In this document: piece after piece, positions 18,132-28,001 of the stretch | How positions within the stretch are numbered: position 1 is the stretch's first letter | Layout of the letters: each line of letters opens with the position of its first letter | Origin: Planctomycetota bacterium | GTDB taxonomy: Bacteria; Planctomycetota; Planctomycetia; Pirellulales; UBA1268 | Reading direction: 5' to 3' | Length of the DNA: 64,000 bases | NCBI GenBank assembly: GCA_018970605.1 | Contig: JAGWWA010000002.1 | Location: 272 to 64,271 of the forward strand | Translations under genes and position numbers: made by a program | The notes under the pieces: model-generated | Seen by the model: the letters and a program-made list of their open reading frames with translations, nothing else | What the model was told of the DNA's origin: nothing | The model's database searches: none

Positions 18132-19322
18132 TCAGGGGCCGACCGCCACGCACACGGGAATCGTGAATTCGGGCGAGTCGGGGTGGCCGGTGGCGAGCAC
18201 GATCCGGCCCGCCGGCCCCTGCTGCGAGCAGAGGTGGTTGACCGCCCGGCTGCCCGGCGGAATCACGATATCGATCGGTATCCGCACCGCACCGCCGGTG
18301 CCGATCGGGCTGCCGTCGCCGACCGTCACCTGCAGCGACTCGGGCACCACCTCGCGGACAACCGGCCGCACGCTGTCGCGATGCGGCCCCTTCGCCGTGA
18401 GAAACACCCTCGTGCGCAGGCCCGTCTTGCCGGAGACCGTCCCCAGCAGCAGGGCCTGACGGGAGGAATCCCATCCGGGGCCAGCCATGACAAGATCACC
18501 CCCGACCGTTCCCTCCAGCGGAATCTCGGCCACGAGGGGTTCGGGCATCGTGAACGACACCCGGACCGTTCGCTTGAGCGGACCGATCGGCAGACCCGGT
18601 TTCAGATCGACCGTCAGCCGAAACCCGCCGGTCGCTCCCGTCTCACCAGCGACCTCCTCAGCCGACAGCGGCGCCGTGGCAAGCGACACAAACTGGGCGA
18701 TCTTCGCGTCATCGAGGGCCACCTCGGTCACCTCGGGAGATTCCGTCCCGTACGTATAGACGTCGGTGGTCACCCGCTCGCCGGAGGACGCCGACACCCG
18801 CGGCACCGCGAGCAGATCGGGAACTGCCTTCCACGTTGGGACGACCGTGCCCTCCACGGTGAAGACCACCTCCGGCCGCCGTGGATCGTCGGTGAGGATC
18901 GTGGCCTGCTGACGGAACGGACCTCCCGGCGGTTTTGCCTTCCACTGCACGCGGATCTTCGTCTCGCCGCCGGGCAGCACCACTCGCGTGCCATCCGCCG
19001 AGCCACCTTCGTTGGCCTCGAAGTCGCTGACGGTGCAGGTGCAACTCGTCGTGCCCTTGCGGAGCGTGAGGGGGCCGTCGCCCCCATTGCGGACGACGAA
19101 CTCATGGGAACCACTTCCACCCGTGCCGAGCGTACCGAACGCGTGCCGCACCTCGGTCGTCTCGGCCCGAGGTGCCGGACCAGACACCGCCGACGACACG
19201 CGCAGGTCGCCCACCGTCCATGGAGTCGCGCGCTGCAGAAACGCACCTCCGGCTCCGACCGCCACGCCTGCCACGGCGGCCACGGCGGCCACCCACCACG
19301 CGTTGAGTTTCTCCACGGTCAT
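18132..19322 (-). CDS. DUF1573 domain-containing membrane-anchored protein
   Basis: N-terminal TM segment, then HAFG..HEFVVRNGGDGPLTL..TSCTCT and ILTDDPRRP. Confidence 0.8.
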   Translation of the reverse strand: MTVEKLNAWWVAAVAAVAGVAVGAGGAFLQRATPWTVGDLRVSSAVSGPAPRAETTEVRHAFGTLGTGGSGSHEFVVRNGGDGPLTLRKGTTSCTCTVSDFEANEGGSADGTRVVLPGGETKIRVQWKAKPPGGPFRQQATILTDDPRRPEVVFTVEGTVVPTWKAVPDLLAVPRVSASSGERVTTDVYTYGTESPEVTEVALDDAKIAQFVSLATAPLSAEEVAGETGATGGFRLTVDLKPGLPIGPLKRTVRVSFTMPEPLVAEIPLEGTVGGDLVMAGPGWDSSRQALLLGTVSGKTGLRTRVFLTAKGPHRDSVRPVVREVVPESLQVTVGDGSPIGTGGAVRIPIDIVIPPGSRAVNHLCSQQGPAGRIVLATGHPDSPEFTIPVCVAVGP

Positions 19323-19446
19323 TGGCCGGCCACGTGATGCGCCATGTCCATCGTGCGGCCACCCTCCGGCCGACACTCCAAGATTTGCATTCTAGCCACC
19401 GGTCCGAACTCGTCCTTGCGGAGGAACCGCCAAGGCGGGCCAGAAA

Positions 19447-19669
19447 GGCACACAGGTTGAAAACCTGCGCTACGAGAGGCAGCGAGGGGCTGCCCGTGCC
19501 CGGGAGCAGGCGTTGCTGACAAGCGCAGCCAGGATGGCGGAGCGCAGTCAGCATCGAGCGAGCGAAGGGCCGGAGCCCGCAGCGAGCGTCCGGCGACGGG
19601 CATGGGCAGTCCCGAGCTATGCGGCGGTGCCAGCAGGCCCCCATCGCTTCCGCGATTGGGCTTCCTGAG
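19447..19669 (+). repeat. Repeat mosaic 3: D (19447-19473), C (19481-19617), A (19637-19669)
   Basis: cacaggttgaaaacctgcgctac, a full C module, then cccatcgcttccgcgattgggcttcctgag. Confidence 0.9.
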
Positions 19670-19691
19670 TCCATCGCCGATGGCGAGAGAA

Positions 19692-21197
19692 TCAGTACGA
19701 GCGCGCAAGCACGCTCCGGCGACTGACCGGCTTACCGGTGACCACGCAAGTGCCTGGTTCGTCGTCGCCGTCCATCGGAATGCACCGTACCGTCACCTTC
19801 AGCGGATCGAAGGCCGCGGCCACCGCCGGGTCGTCGGCGACGTGCACATGGGCAAAACCGCCCTTGCCGGCCGCCCCCTCCCCTGCCCCGAAGAAGTCGT
19901 GCACGGCCGCGGCCGAGTCGAGACGCACCGACCGCTCCGCGCGAAACGCCTTCGCGCGGTCGAAGAGACCCTGCTGGATCTCGGCGAGGAGCGCCGCGGC
20001 CTTGGCTGGAAACTCCGCCAGCGGCACCGACTCTCGATCCTTCGGCCCGCGGTCGCGGCGGGTCACGCTCACCGCCCCGGCCGCCAGATCGCGTGGTCCG
20101 ATCTCGACGCGAATCGGAACCCCCTGCTTCACGTGCTGCCAGACCTTGTCGCCACCCCGCATGTCGCGGGCGTCGATCTTCACGCGGATCGGTTCGTCGC
20201 CGAACCGGCAGGCGGCGAGCTCGGCCTGCAGCGTCCGACAGGCCTCCATCACTGTCGCCTTCTCCTCGTCGGTGCGGTGGATCGGCAGGAGCACGACCTG
20301 GTGCGGCGCGATCCGCGGCGGCAGCACGAGCCCGTCGTCGTCGGAATGGGTCATGATCACGGCCCCGATCAGCCGCGTGGACACACCCCACGACGTCGTC
20401 CAGCAAAACTCCTCCGCCCCGCTCGTGCCCGCAAACTTGATGTTCTGCGCCTTGGCGAAGTTCTGACCGAGAAAGTGCGACGTGCCGGCCTGCAGGGCCT
20501 TGCCGTCCTGCATCATGGCCTCGATGGAATACGTGTCGACGGCGCCGGGAAACCGCTCGGCCGCCGGCTTCGGCCCCTTCACCACCGGCATCGCCAGGTC
20601 GCGCTCCGCGAACGTGGCGTATACCTCCAGCATCCGGAGCGTCTCCTCGACCGCCTCCGCGCTCGTGGCGTGGGCCGTGTGCCCCTCCTGCCAGAGAAAC
20701 TCCGCCGTCCGCAGAAACAACCGCGGCCGCATCTCCCAGCGGACGACGTTGGCCCACTGATTGATCAGCACCGGCAGATCGCGCCACGACTGGATCCACT
20801 TGGCGTACATCGCGCCGATGATCGTCTCGCTGGTGGGCCGCACGACGAGCGGCTCCTCGAGCTTTCCGGTGGGGATCAGCTTGCCGTCGGGGCCGAGTTC
20901 GAGGCGGTGGTGCGTGACCACCGCGCACTCCTTGGCAAAGCCCTCGACATGCTTCGCTTCCTGCTCGAGGTAGGACAGCGGAATGAAAAGCGGGAAGTAG
21001 GCGTTCTGATGGCCCGTCTCCTTGAACATCCGGTCGAGGATCGTCTGCATCCGCTCCCACACGGCGTAGCCGTGGGGCTTGATCACCATGCAGCCGCGGA
21101 CGGGCGACTGCTCCGCGAGGTCGGCGGCCCGCACGACCTGCTGATACCACTCGGGATAGTCCTGAGCCCGCGTGGGGCTGATGGCGGTCTGGGCCAT
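19692..21197 (-). CDS. proS: Proline--tRNA ligase (archaeal/eukaryote-like type, no INS editing domain)
   Basis: DYPEWYQQVV, VRGCMVIKP, RPTSETI, FLRTAEFLWQEGHT, LQAGTSH and C-terminal ARSY. Confidence 0.97.
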   Translation of the reverse strand: MAQTAISPTRAQDYPEWYQQVVRAADLAEQSPVRGCMVIKPHGYAVWERMQTILDRMFKETGHQNAYFPLFIPLSYLEQEAKHVEGFAKECAVVTHHRLELGPDGKLIPTGKLEEPLVVRPTSETIIGAMYAKWIQSWRDLPVLINQWANVVRWEMRPRLFLRTAEFLWQEGHTAHATSAEAVEETLRMLEVYATFAERDLAMPVVKGPKPAAERFPGAVDTYSIEAMMQDGKALQAGTSHFLGQNFAKAQNIKFAGTSGAEEFCWTTSWGVSTRLIGAVIMTHSDDDGLVLPPRIAPHQVVLLPIHRTDEEKATVMEACRTLQAELAACRFGDEPIRVKIDARDMRGGDKVWQHVKQGVPIRVEIGPRDLAAGAVSVTRRDRGPKDRESVPLAEFPAKAAALLAEIQQGLFDRAKAFRAERSVRLDSAAAVHDFFGAGEGAAGKGGFAHVHVADDPAVAAAFDPLKVTVRCIPMDGDDEPGTCVVTGKPVSRRSVLARSY

Positions 21198-21302
21198 GGG
21201 TCGCTCCGTCGATCGATGTGAGAAAAGGCTCGTTGCCGGATGGGGCCGGGATTGTAGTCGCTGCTTGTGAAGGCGGGGAAACCCGCCGTAGACTCTGCGG
21301 CA

Positions 21303-22268
21303 ATGCCACGCCGCCTGATCACCGAACTGCCACAACAGACCCAGCTCGATCAGACCTTCCTCGCGACGCACAAGCAGCTGCGGCCGAACCGCAACGGGCA
21401 GCTCTATCTCCAGGTGGAACTCGCCGACAAGAGCGGCACGATCACGGGGCGGCTCTGGAACGCCTCCGACGACGACTACGGGGCCTTCGAGGACGGCGAC
21501 TATGTCCGCGTCGAGGGGCACACGCAGCTCTACTCGGGCTCGATGCAAGTCATCATCACGGCGATCGAGCGGGCCGATCCGCGGACGGTGGACGAGAGCG
21601 AGTTCCAGGTCCTCTCCACCAACGACTTCGTCCGCCTGGAGGCCGAGCTCGGCACGATCCTGGGAACCATTCGATCGGTGCCGCTCAAGACGCTCGTGGA
21701 CGAGATCCTCGCCGACAAAGCCCTGATGGACGCCTTCAAGCGGACACCCGCCGGCGTGAAGCACCACCATGCCTACGCCGGCGGCCTGCTCGATCACGTC
21801 GTCAATCTCCTGCGGCTCGCCGACCGGGTGGCCCCCCTCTATCCGGCGCTCGACCGCGATCTGCTGCTCGTGGGAGTGCTCGTGCACGACATCGGCAAGG
21901 TCCGCGAACTGGAGAGCCTGCAAGGCTTCTCCTACACCGACGAGGGGCAACTCCTCGGCCACGTGCTGCTGGGCCTCGAAATCGTGGACGCGAAGATCCG
22001 TGCGATCGAGGCCCGCACCGGCCAGCGGTTTTCCATCGAGGCAGCCGTGCGTGTGAAGCACATGATCGCCAGCCACCACGGCCAGTACGAGTATGGCTCG
22101 CCGAAACTGCCGATGACGCTCGAGGCGGTGGCCCTCCACCATCTCGACCACCTCGACGCCAAGATGGCCGGCACGATCCAGCTGCTCCAGAACGAAGCCA
22201 CCGCGGAGGATGGCTGGACGCAGTACCAGCAGAGTCAGGGCCGCAAGTTCTTCCGCGGCCGCGGCTGA
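21303..22268 (+). CDS. YhaM/Cbf1-family OB-fold + HD domain 3'-5' exoribonuclease
   Basis: LADKSGTI OB fold, HHHAYAGGLLDH, HDIGK, SHHG..YGSP and HHLDHLDAK. Confidence 0.9.
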   Translation: MPRRLITELPQQTQLDQTFLATHKQLRPNRNGQLYLQVELADKSGTITGRLWNASDDDYGAFEDGDYVRVEGHTQLYSGSMQVIITAIERADPRTVDESEFQVLSTNDFVRLEAELGTILGTIRSVPLKTLVDEILADKALMDAFKRTPAGVKHHHAYAGGLLDHVVNLLRLADRVAPLYPALDRDLLLVGVLVHDIGKVRELESLQGFSYTDEGQLLGHVLLGLEIVDAKIRAIEARTGQRFSIEAAVRVKHMIASHHGQYEYGSPKLPMTLEAVALHHLDHLDAKMAGTIQLLQNEATAEDGWTQYQQSQGRKFFRGRG

Positions 22269-22305
22269 CGGCTCGCGGCTGCAAGCACGATCAGCGAGGA
22301 GGGCA

Positions 22306-22582
22306 TGCCCCATCGCTTCCGCGAGTGGGCTTCCTGGATGCGTCACGAGTGGTGAGCGAGGGGCTGTCCATGCCCGGGAGCCGGGCTGTGGGAGCAAGCG
22401 AACCCAGGATGGCGAAGCGCAGCGGACACGCAGAGAGCCGAGGCCTGGAGGGCCGAGGCGAACGTCCGGCGACGGGCGTGGGCAGCCCCGAGCGGCACGG
22501 CGACCATGCCCCCATCGCTTCCGCGATTGGGCTTCCTGATTCTCGGCATGCCCCCATCGCTTACGCGATTGGGCTTCCTGAG
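22306..22582 (+). repeat. Repeat mosaic 4: A (22306-22337), C (22355-22493), A, A (22507-22539, 22549-22582)
   Basis: Direct sequence comparison. The last two A copies have a 42-bp period. Confidence 0.9.
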
Positions 22583-22586
22583 CGCG

Positions 22587-24707
22587 TCACCGCCGCCAGA
22601 TCGTCGGCACGGGGGCGAGATCCTCGACGGGCGGCGGCTGGCGTGGGCCTGCCCTCGCGGGATCGAAGGGTTCGAAGCCGAGCTTCCGCGCCGGTGAGTC
22701 AACCGCCAGCGTGAAGTCGCCTGTGGCCGGATCACGAAAGATCGGATCGGCCACGATCGAGCCTGCGTCGTGCCCGGCCTGCTGCCACGCTGCCAGGTCG
22801 CCGCCGCCGGGAAACGCGACCGGTCCCGACGCATTCCAGTAGCAGTTGTCGTGGAGCTCGATCCGCTGCGACCAGTCGCCGTGCATCAGCGGGGCTGCCG
22901 AATCCCACCAGACGATGTTCCTGGAGAACGTGAAACTGGTGTGATCCTCGACCCTCGTTCTCTGGAGCTGCCAGTCGCGGGCCGCGGCGAACACGTTGTT
23001 CTCGATCCGGTTGTCGCGGCCGTAGTGCTGATGAAAGCCGCCGGACGATGTGCGGAAGACGAGGTTGTCGCGCATCGCGATGCCCGTCGAACCCTCGTCG
23101 GCGTAGAGTCCCCAGCCGCCGTAGGCGTGGCTCGTCACGTCGTGGATCACGTTGCCCTCCACCACGGTCCCTGGCGACACGCCAAGCGTGTACACGCCTC
23201 CCATGTCGGAGAGCACGCCGTGGCCGATCTCGTGGATCCGGTTGAAGGCGATTCGGTTGTGGTGCGCGCGGCTCTCGGCATAGCCCCACGTCCAACCAAC
23301 CGACACGCCTGTGTAGGTGAGGTCATGGATGTCGCAGTGCTCGACCGTGCAGTGGGAGGCGTGCCCGATCCACACGCCCACGGCGGCCGAGTGGATTCGG
23401 CCGCCGTGGCGGATCGCGGTGTCACGCACGGCAATCCGCTCGACCGCCGCCGACTGCGGGCCGGTGTCTCCCCACGACCCGGGGCCGCCGCCCGCGCCGA
23501 TCAGTACGCCGCCGCCGCCGAGGTCGGCGAGGTCGCACCCCTCCACCGCGCAGTCGGAGCATCCTTCGCCAAACCCGAAGGCATAGCGGCCGATGTGCCG
23601 CACGCGGCAGTCCACGAAGGCCACGTGCCGGGCCGCTCTCGCCGAGATCGCGGCCCCAACGTTGATCTCCGCCTGCGGAAACGACTGGCCGTCCGGCGGG
23701 AGCGTCCAGTTGCCGTGGGCGAACGTGAGCCCCTCGAACCGCACGTGTTCCAACGGACGGCCGTCGGCTGGATCTCCCTGCAGCAGCATCAGTCGGTCGA
23801 GCCGTGGCGCGATCACCTCGACCGTCCCGGGCAGTTCGCCCGGCCGGGGGCAGTAGGTGAGGATCCCGTCCATCCGGTCGAGATACCAGGAGCCGGGCTC
23901 GCCGAGGGCCTCGCGGACGTTCTCGACGAGAAAGCGGCTCCCCTTGGCGAACTCGCCCCATTCGCCCGGAGCCTGCGTGCGACCGGTGAAGGTGACGGCG
24001 CTGCCAGCCCCGAGTGGCTCGCCCGCAGGGCCGGCGATCGGTCCCACGCCGGCGATCCGCATGCGCGACATCGCCCACCGGTGCACCGCCACCACCTCCA
24101 CGTCGCCGATGTTGATCCAATCGGTGCGGAGGTCTTCGCCGTCGAACGCAAACCGGTCGTGCCCCTTGCCGAGCGACGCGGGCGTGGGCTCGACCGAGCC
24201 CGCGATCCTGTGCCAGCCGGCCGCGGGCAGCACGGGCCGAAACCGCCGCTGACCGTTCACGAACACCTGCGAGAAGGTCCACTCGCCGAGTGGCACCGTC
24301 GGCAACCGGGCCATCCAGTGTCCGCTGCCGTCGTCGGCCGGCTCCCAGGCATGGATCACACGGCCGCCACTGATCACCGGCCTCGCCCCGGCCGCAGCCC
24401 GGACGATCGTAGGCGACCGCTCAGTCCCGGAATCCTCGGGCTGAAGCACGAGCGTATCGGCCAGTTCGTGTCGCCCCGGGCCAACCTCGATCAGCACCGG
24501 CCGGTCGAGGTCGCCCTGCCGGCTCCGCAGGTCGCGAACCAGATCGAACGCCCGCCGCAGCGAGGCGACGGGACGGCCGGGCAGCCCGTCGGCGGCATCG
24601 TGCCCATCCACGGCCACGAGCACGTCGGCTCCCGACGCGACCCGCATCACCGCCGTCGCCAGCACGAGACCCCGGACGAGCGATCGACGACGAGGCGGCG
24701 CGATCAC
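22587..24707 (-). CDS. Secreted right-handed parallel beta-helix protein (GH141-like glycoside hydrolase candidate)
   Basis: Signal peptide, RPVISGG, YTGVSVGWTWGY, SDMGGVYTLG and GWGLYADEGS beta-helix repeats. Confidence 0.8.
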   Translation of the reverse strand: MIAPPRRRSLVRGLVLATAVMRVASGADVLVAVDGHDAADGLPGRPVASLRRAFDLVRDLRSRQGDLDRPVLIEVGPGRHELADTLVLQPEDSGTERSPTIVRAAAGARPVISGGRVIHAWEPADDGSGHWMARLPTVPLGEWTFSQVFVNGQRRFRPVLPAAGWHRIAGSVEPTPASLGKGHDRFAFDGEDLRTDWINIGDVEVVAVHRWAMSRMRIAGVGPIAGPAGEPLGAGSAVTFTGRTQAPGEWGEFAKGSRFLVENVREALGEPGSWYLDRMDGILTYCPRPGELPGTVEVIAPRLDRLMLLQGDPADGRPLEHVRFEGLTFAHGNWTLPPDGQSFPQAEINVGAAISARAARHVAFVDCRVRHIGRYAFGFGEGCSDCAVEGCDLADLGGGGVLIGAGGGPGSWGDTGPQSAAVERIAVRDTAIRHGGRIHSAAVGVWIGHASHCTVEHCDIHDLTYTGVSVGWTWGYAESRAHHNRIAFNRIHEIGHGVLSDMGGVYTLGVSPGTVVEGNVIHDVTSHAYGGWGLYADEGSTGIAMRDNLVFRTSSGGFHQHYGRDNRIENNVFAAARDWQLQRTRVEDHTSFTFSRNIVWWDSAAPLMHGDWSQRIELHDNCYWNASGPVAFPGGGDLAAWQQAGHDAGSIVADPIFRDPATGDFTLAVDSPARKLGFEPFDPARAGPRQPPPVEDLAPVPTIWRR

Positions 24708-25231
24708 AGGCCCGCCGACCCGGTCGTCTCCTTCTGGCGCTGCTCCTTCTTGGCGGGAAACTCCACCACGACGAGCTTCTTCGCCTCGGGATCGAACGCG
24801 TATTCCTGGTAGTAGGGCAGCATCGGCAGCGAAACCTCGTCGGGCGTGCCCGGGGCGATGATCTTGGCCATGAACTCCTTGTGCGTGGCGGGAACCTTGT
24901 TGTGCTCCGCCTGGTAGAGCTTCATCTTCTGTTCCACGGCGAGGCCGCCGATCGTGGCCACGCTGTGGCGATAGGCCTGCGAGTAGGCGCCGAGGCCGCC
25001 CTCCTCTGCCTCCGCGGCGTTGTCGACCACCACGCCTCCCTGCGCCTTCGCCTCGGCGAGGTCGAGGACGTTCTGCGTCGTCTTGCCGACGGTCTTTCGC
25101 GTCTGGATGGGCGCCGTCTGGACGGCGTTCGGACGTGACGACGCCTCGGGCGTCGGCGCCGGGTCATCACAACCGACGACCAACGCGGTGAACGGAACGA
25201 ACAACACGACCCGCCAGCCTCGAGTGCTCAT
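24704..25231 (-). CDS. Hypothetical lipoprotein
   Basis: Lipobox-like LVVGC after a hydrophobic stretch. 4-bp overlap with the downstream beta-helix gene. Confidence 0.7.
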   Translation of the reverse strand: MSTRGWRVVLFVPFTALVVGCDDPAPTPEASSRPNAVQTAPIQTRKTVGKTTQNVLDLAEAKAQGGVVVDNAAEAEEGGLGAYSQAYRHSVATIGGLAVEQKMKLYQAEHNKVPATHKEFMAKIIAPGTPDEVSLPMLPYYQEYAFDPEAKKLVVVEFPAKKEQRQKETTGSAGL

Positions 25232-25404
25232 GGAAGCTCCTGCCTGAAACGCGACCACGCCGGAAATCAGGGCGGCACCGCCCTCGCGGCCTCATCGTAG
25301 ACGATCGGCCGCCTCGCATGGGCGATCCCCCACATCCGGCTGTAGAATCCTGGTGCCGGATGGTGCCGGCACATCCGCGACGTGCCGACCGCAGGATCCT
25401 TGCC

Positions 25405-27519
25405 ATGCCGCGAAAACGCGACGGCCACGACCGACCGCGTTCCCGTTCCTCCTCGCCGGATCGCGGCCGCGGCGATGGCGTCGTGGGGATGTTCCGCCGG
25501 GCCGCCGCCGGCTACGGCTTCGTGCGGCCGTTGGAGGCTGCCGCGGGCGACCGGTCGAGCGACATCCACATCCCCGTGGTGTCAGCCCTCGATGCCGTCT
25601 CGGGTGACACCGTCCGCGTGCGGATCTCCAAGGCTCGCGACGCGGGCCGGCCGGGGCTCGCCGGCGAGATCGTGGAGATCGTGAAGCGACGGACCACGCG
25701 GTTCGTCGGCTCCTACTTCGAGGCAGCAGGCCAGGGCTGGGTGCAGGTCGATGGCACGGTGCTCCCCAGGGCGATCTCGGTCGGCGATCCCGGCGCGAAA
25801 GGCGTACACCCCAAAGACAAGGTCGTCGTCGAGATGGTGCGATTTCCCACGCACCTTCGCGACGGTGAGGGCGTGGTGGTGGAGGTGCTCGGCAAGGCGG
25901 GCGACGTCGGCGTCGACACGCAGACGGTGATCCACGAGTTCGGCCTGCCGGGCCCATTCCCCGACGAGGTGCTCGACGACGCGCGAGTCCAGGCCGACCG
26001 GTTCGACGAGTCGATTCCCGCCGGCCGCCGCGACCTGACCGACCGCGTGATCGTGACGATCGACCCGGTCGATGCCCGGGACTTCGACGACGCGATCTCG
26101 CTGGAGCGGGTGGAGCGGGGTCACTGGCTGCTCGGGGTGCACATCGCCGATGTCTCGTACTTCGTCCGCGAAGGGTCGCCGCTCGACCAGGAAGCGCGGA
26201 ACCGCGGCACGAGCGTCTATCTGCCCGACCGCGTGATCCCGATGATCCCCGAGGTCGTCTCCAACAACCTGGCGAGCCTGCAGCCCGGCAAGGTCCGCTA
26301 CGCGCGGACCTGCTGGATCGAGTTCTCGCCGGACGGGATTCCGGTGCATGCGGCGGTGGAGTCGACCGCGATCAAGAGCCGGCGGCGGTTCACGTACGAG
26401 GAGGTCGACGTGTTTCTCGGCGACCCCGACACTCCGGCCGTCGAGATGACGGCCGAGGTGCGGGCATTGCTCGGGAGGATGCGCGACCTCGCCCGAATCC
26501 TCAGGTCACGGCGCATGGGCCACGGGGCCCTCCAGCTCGAGATGCCGGAGGTGAAGATCGATCTGGACCGCGACGGTCGGGTGTCGGGGGCCCACGTCGT
26601 GGAAAACACCGAGAGCCACCAGATCATCGAGGAGTTCATGCTCGCCGCCAACGAGGCGGTGGCCGAGGCGCTCAAGGCGGCCGAAGCACCCTTCCTGCGG
26701 CGCATCCACCCTGCGCCCGATCCGCGAAAGCTTCGACAGCTCACGGAGTTCGTCTCCGAACTCGGCTTCGAGGTCGATTCGCTCGAGAGCCGCTTCGAGC
26801 TGCAGCGACTCCTCGACATGGCCCGCGGCAAGCCGGAGGAGCACGCAGTCCACTACGCCGTCCTCCGCAGCCTCACCCGCGCCGCCTACGGCCCCCAGGA
26901 CGATGGCCACTACGCCCTCGCCAGCGACTGCTACTGCCACTTCACCTCGCCGATCCGCCGCTACCCCGACCTCACAGTCCACCGGGCGCTGGAGGCAGTT
27001 GCCGGCGGCCGCCGCCCGCCCGCAGACGGCCTCGTCCAGCTCGGCGGCGACTGCTCCGACCTCGAACGGCGGGCCGAGACGGCGGAACGCGAGCTCGTGA
27101 AGCTCAAGCTGCTCAACTTTCTGAAGTCGCGGGTGGGCGAAGAGATGGACGCCGTGGTGACCGGCGTCGAGCCGTTCGGCTTGTTCGTGCAGGGGCTCGC
27201 GCTGCCCGCCGAGGGCCTCGTACCGCTCGACACGCTCCCCGACGACGCCTACCGCTACGACCGCGCCAGCCACACGCTCTCCGGCCGCCGCCCGGGCCAG
27301 ACCTTTCGGCTCGGCGACCGCGTCCGGGTGGCGGTGGCCCGCGTCGATACCGACCGCCGCGAGCTCAACTTCCGGCTCGTCGGCCGCGGCCGCCGGCCAA
27401 AGGCTGGCATCCGCGACCGCCGCGAGCTCCCGCGCGGCAAGGGCCGCGGTGGCAAGGGCCCTGGCAAGCCGAAGCGGACACCGAAAGGCAAGCCGTCGAA
27501 ACGCCGCCGGGGGCGGTGA
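25405..27519 (+). CDS. rnr: Ribonuclease R
   Basis: TIDPVDARDFDDA, HIADVS, RGTSVYLP, IEEFML, HFTSPIRRYPDL, S1 domain and basic tail. Confidence 0.95.
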   Translation: MPRKRDGHDRPRSRSSSPDRGRGDGVVGMFRRAAAGYGFVRPLEAAAGDRSSDIHIPVVSALDAVSGDTVRVRISKARDAGRPGLAGEIVEIVKRRTTRFVGSYFEAAGQGWVQVDGTVLPRAISVGDPGAKGVHPKDKVVVEMVRFPTHLRDGEGVVVEVLGKAGDVGVDTQTVIHEFGLPGPFPDEVLDDARVQADRFDESIPAGRRDLTDRVIVTIDPVDARDFDDAISLERVERGHWLLGVHIADVSYFVREGSPLDQEARNRGTSVYLPDRVIPMIPEVVSNNLASLQPGKVRYARTCWIEFSPDGIPVHAAVESTAIKSRRRFTYEEVDVFLGDPDTPAVEMTAEVRALLGRMRDLARILRSRRMGHGALQLEMPEVKIDLDRDGRVSGAHVVENTESHQIIEEFMLAANEAVAEALKAAEAPFLRRIHPAPDPRKLRQLTEFVSELGFEVDSLESRFELQRLLDMARGKPEEHAVHYAVLRSLTRAAYGPQDDGHYALASDCYCHFTSPIRRYPDLTVHRALEAVAGGRRPPADGLVQLGGDCSDLERRAETAERELVKLKLLNFLKSRVGEEMDAVVTGVEPFGLFVQGLALPAEGLVPLDTLPDDAYRYDRASHTLSGRRPGQTFRLGDRVRVAVARVDTDRRELNFRLVGRGRRPKAGIRDRRELPRGKGRGGKGPGKPKRTPKGKPSKRRRGR

Positions 27520-27621
27520 GGCTTGTGTCGTGTCGGGGTGTGCGTGGATGACCCGACCGCGCCGCACCCCGTCCTGCCTGAATCTCTGGTGGAAGACTGA
27601 GAACGGAAGGCAGCCCAGAAA

Positions 27622-27918
27622 GGCACACAGGTTGACAACCGATGCGACCAGCGGCGAGCGAGGGGCTGCCCGTGCCCGGGAGCCGGCGTTGCTGACGAGC
27701 GGAGCCATGGATGGCGGAGCGATGTCAGCATCGAGCGAGTGAAGGCCAGGAAGGCCGCAGCGAGCGTCCGGCGACGGGCATGGGCAGCCCTGAGCGGGAG
27801 GTGTCCGAGGCAGGCACACGGGTAGACAACCGATGCGACCAGCGGCGCACCGCCAGCACGACCGGGGCCGCGATGTGGTTCCACCCGCTATCCCCTCGCT
27901 GGCGCTCGGGGCTTCCTG
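27622..27918 (+). repeat. Repeat mosaic 5: 35-bp direct repeats (D variant, 27622-27656 and 27813-27847) flanking C (27657-27795), plus an E half (27891-27918)
   Basis: ggcacac(a/g)ggt(t/a)gacaaccgatgcgaccagcggcg occurs twice, and tcccctcgctggcgctcggggcttcctg follows. Confidence 0.9.
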
Positions 27919-28001
27919 GGCGGTGGATGGGCGGCCCAAGGGTCTCGGAGCCTGCGGCTTGTACACTGTCGCTCCCCTTCCTCGCAGCAAAGGACTCGCT
28001 C

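Noticed and set aside
27520-28001. Glycine riboswitch upstream of gcvT
   Set aside because: The structured sequence here consists of dispersed repeat modules D, C and E, and no glycine aptamer motifs are visible.
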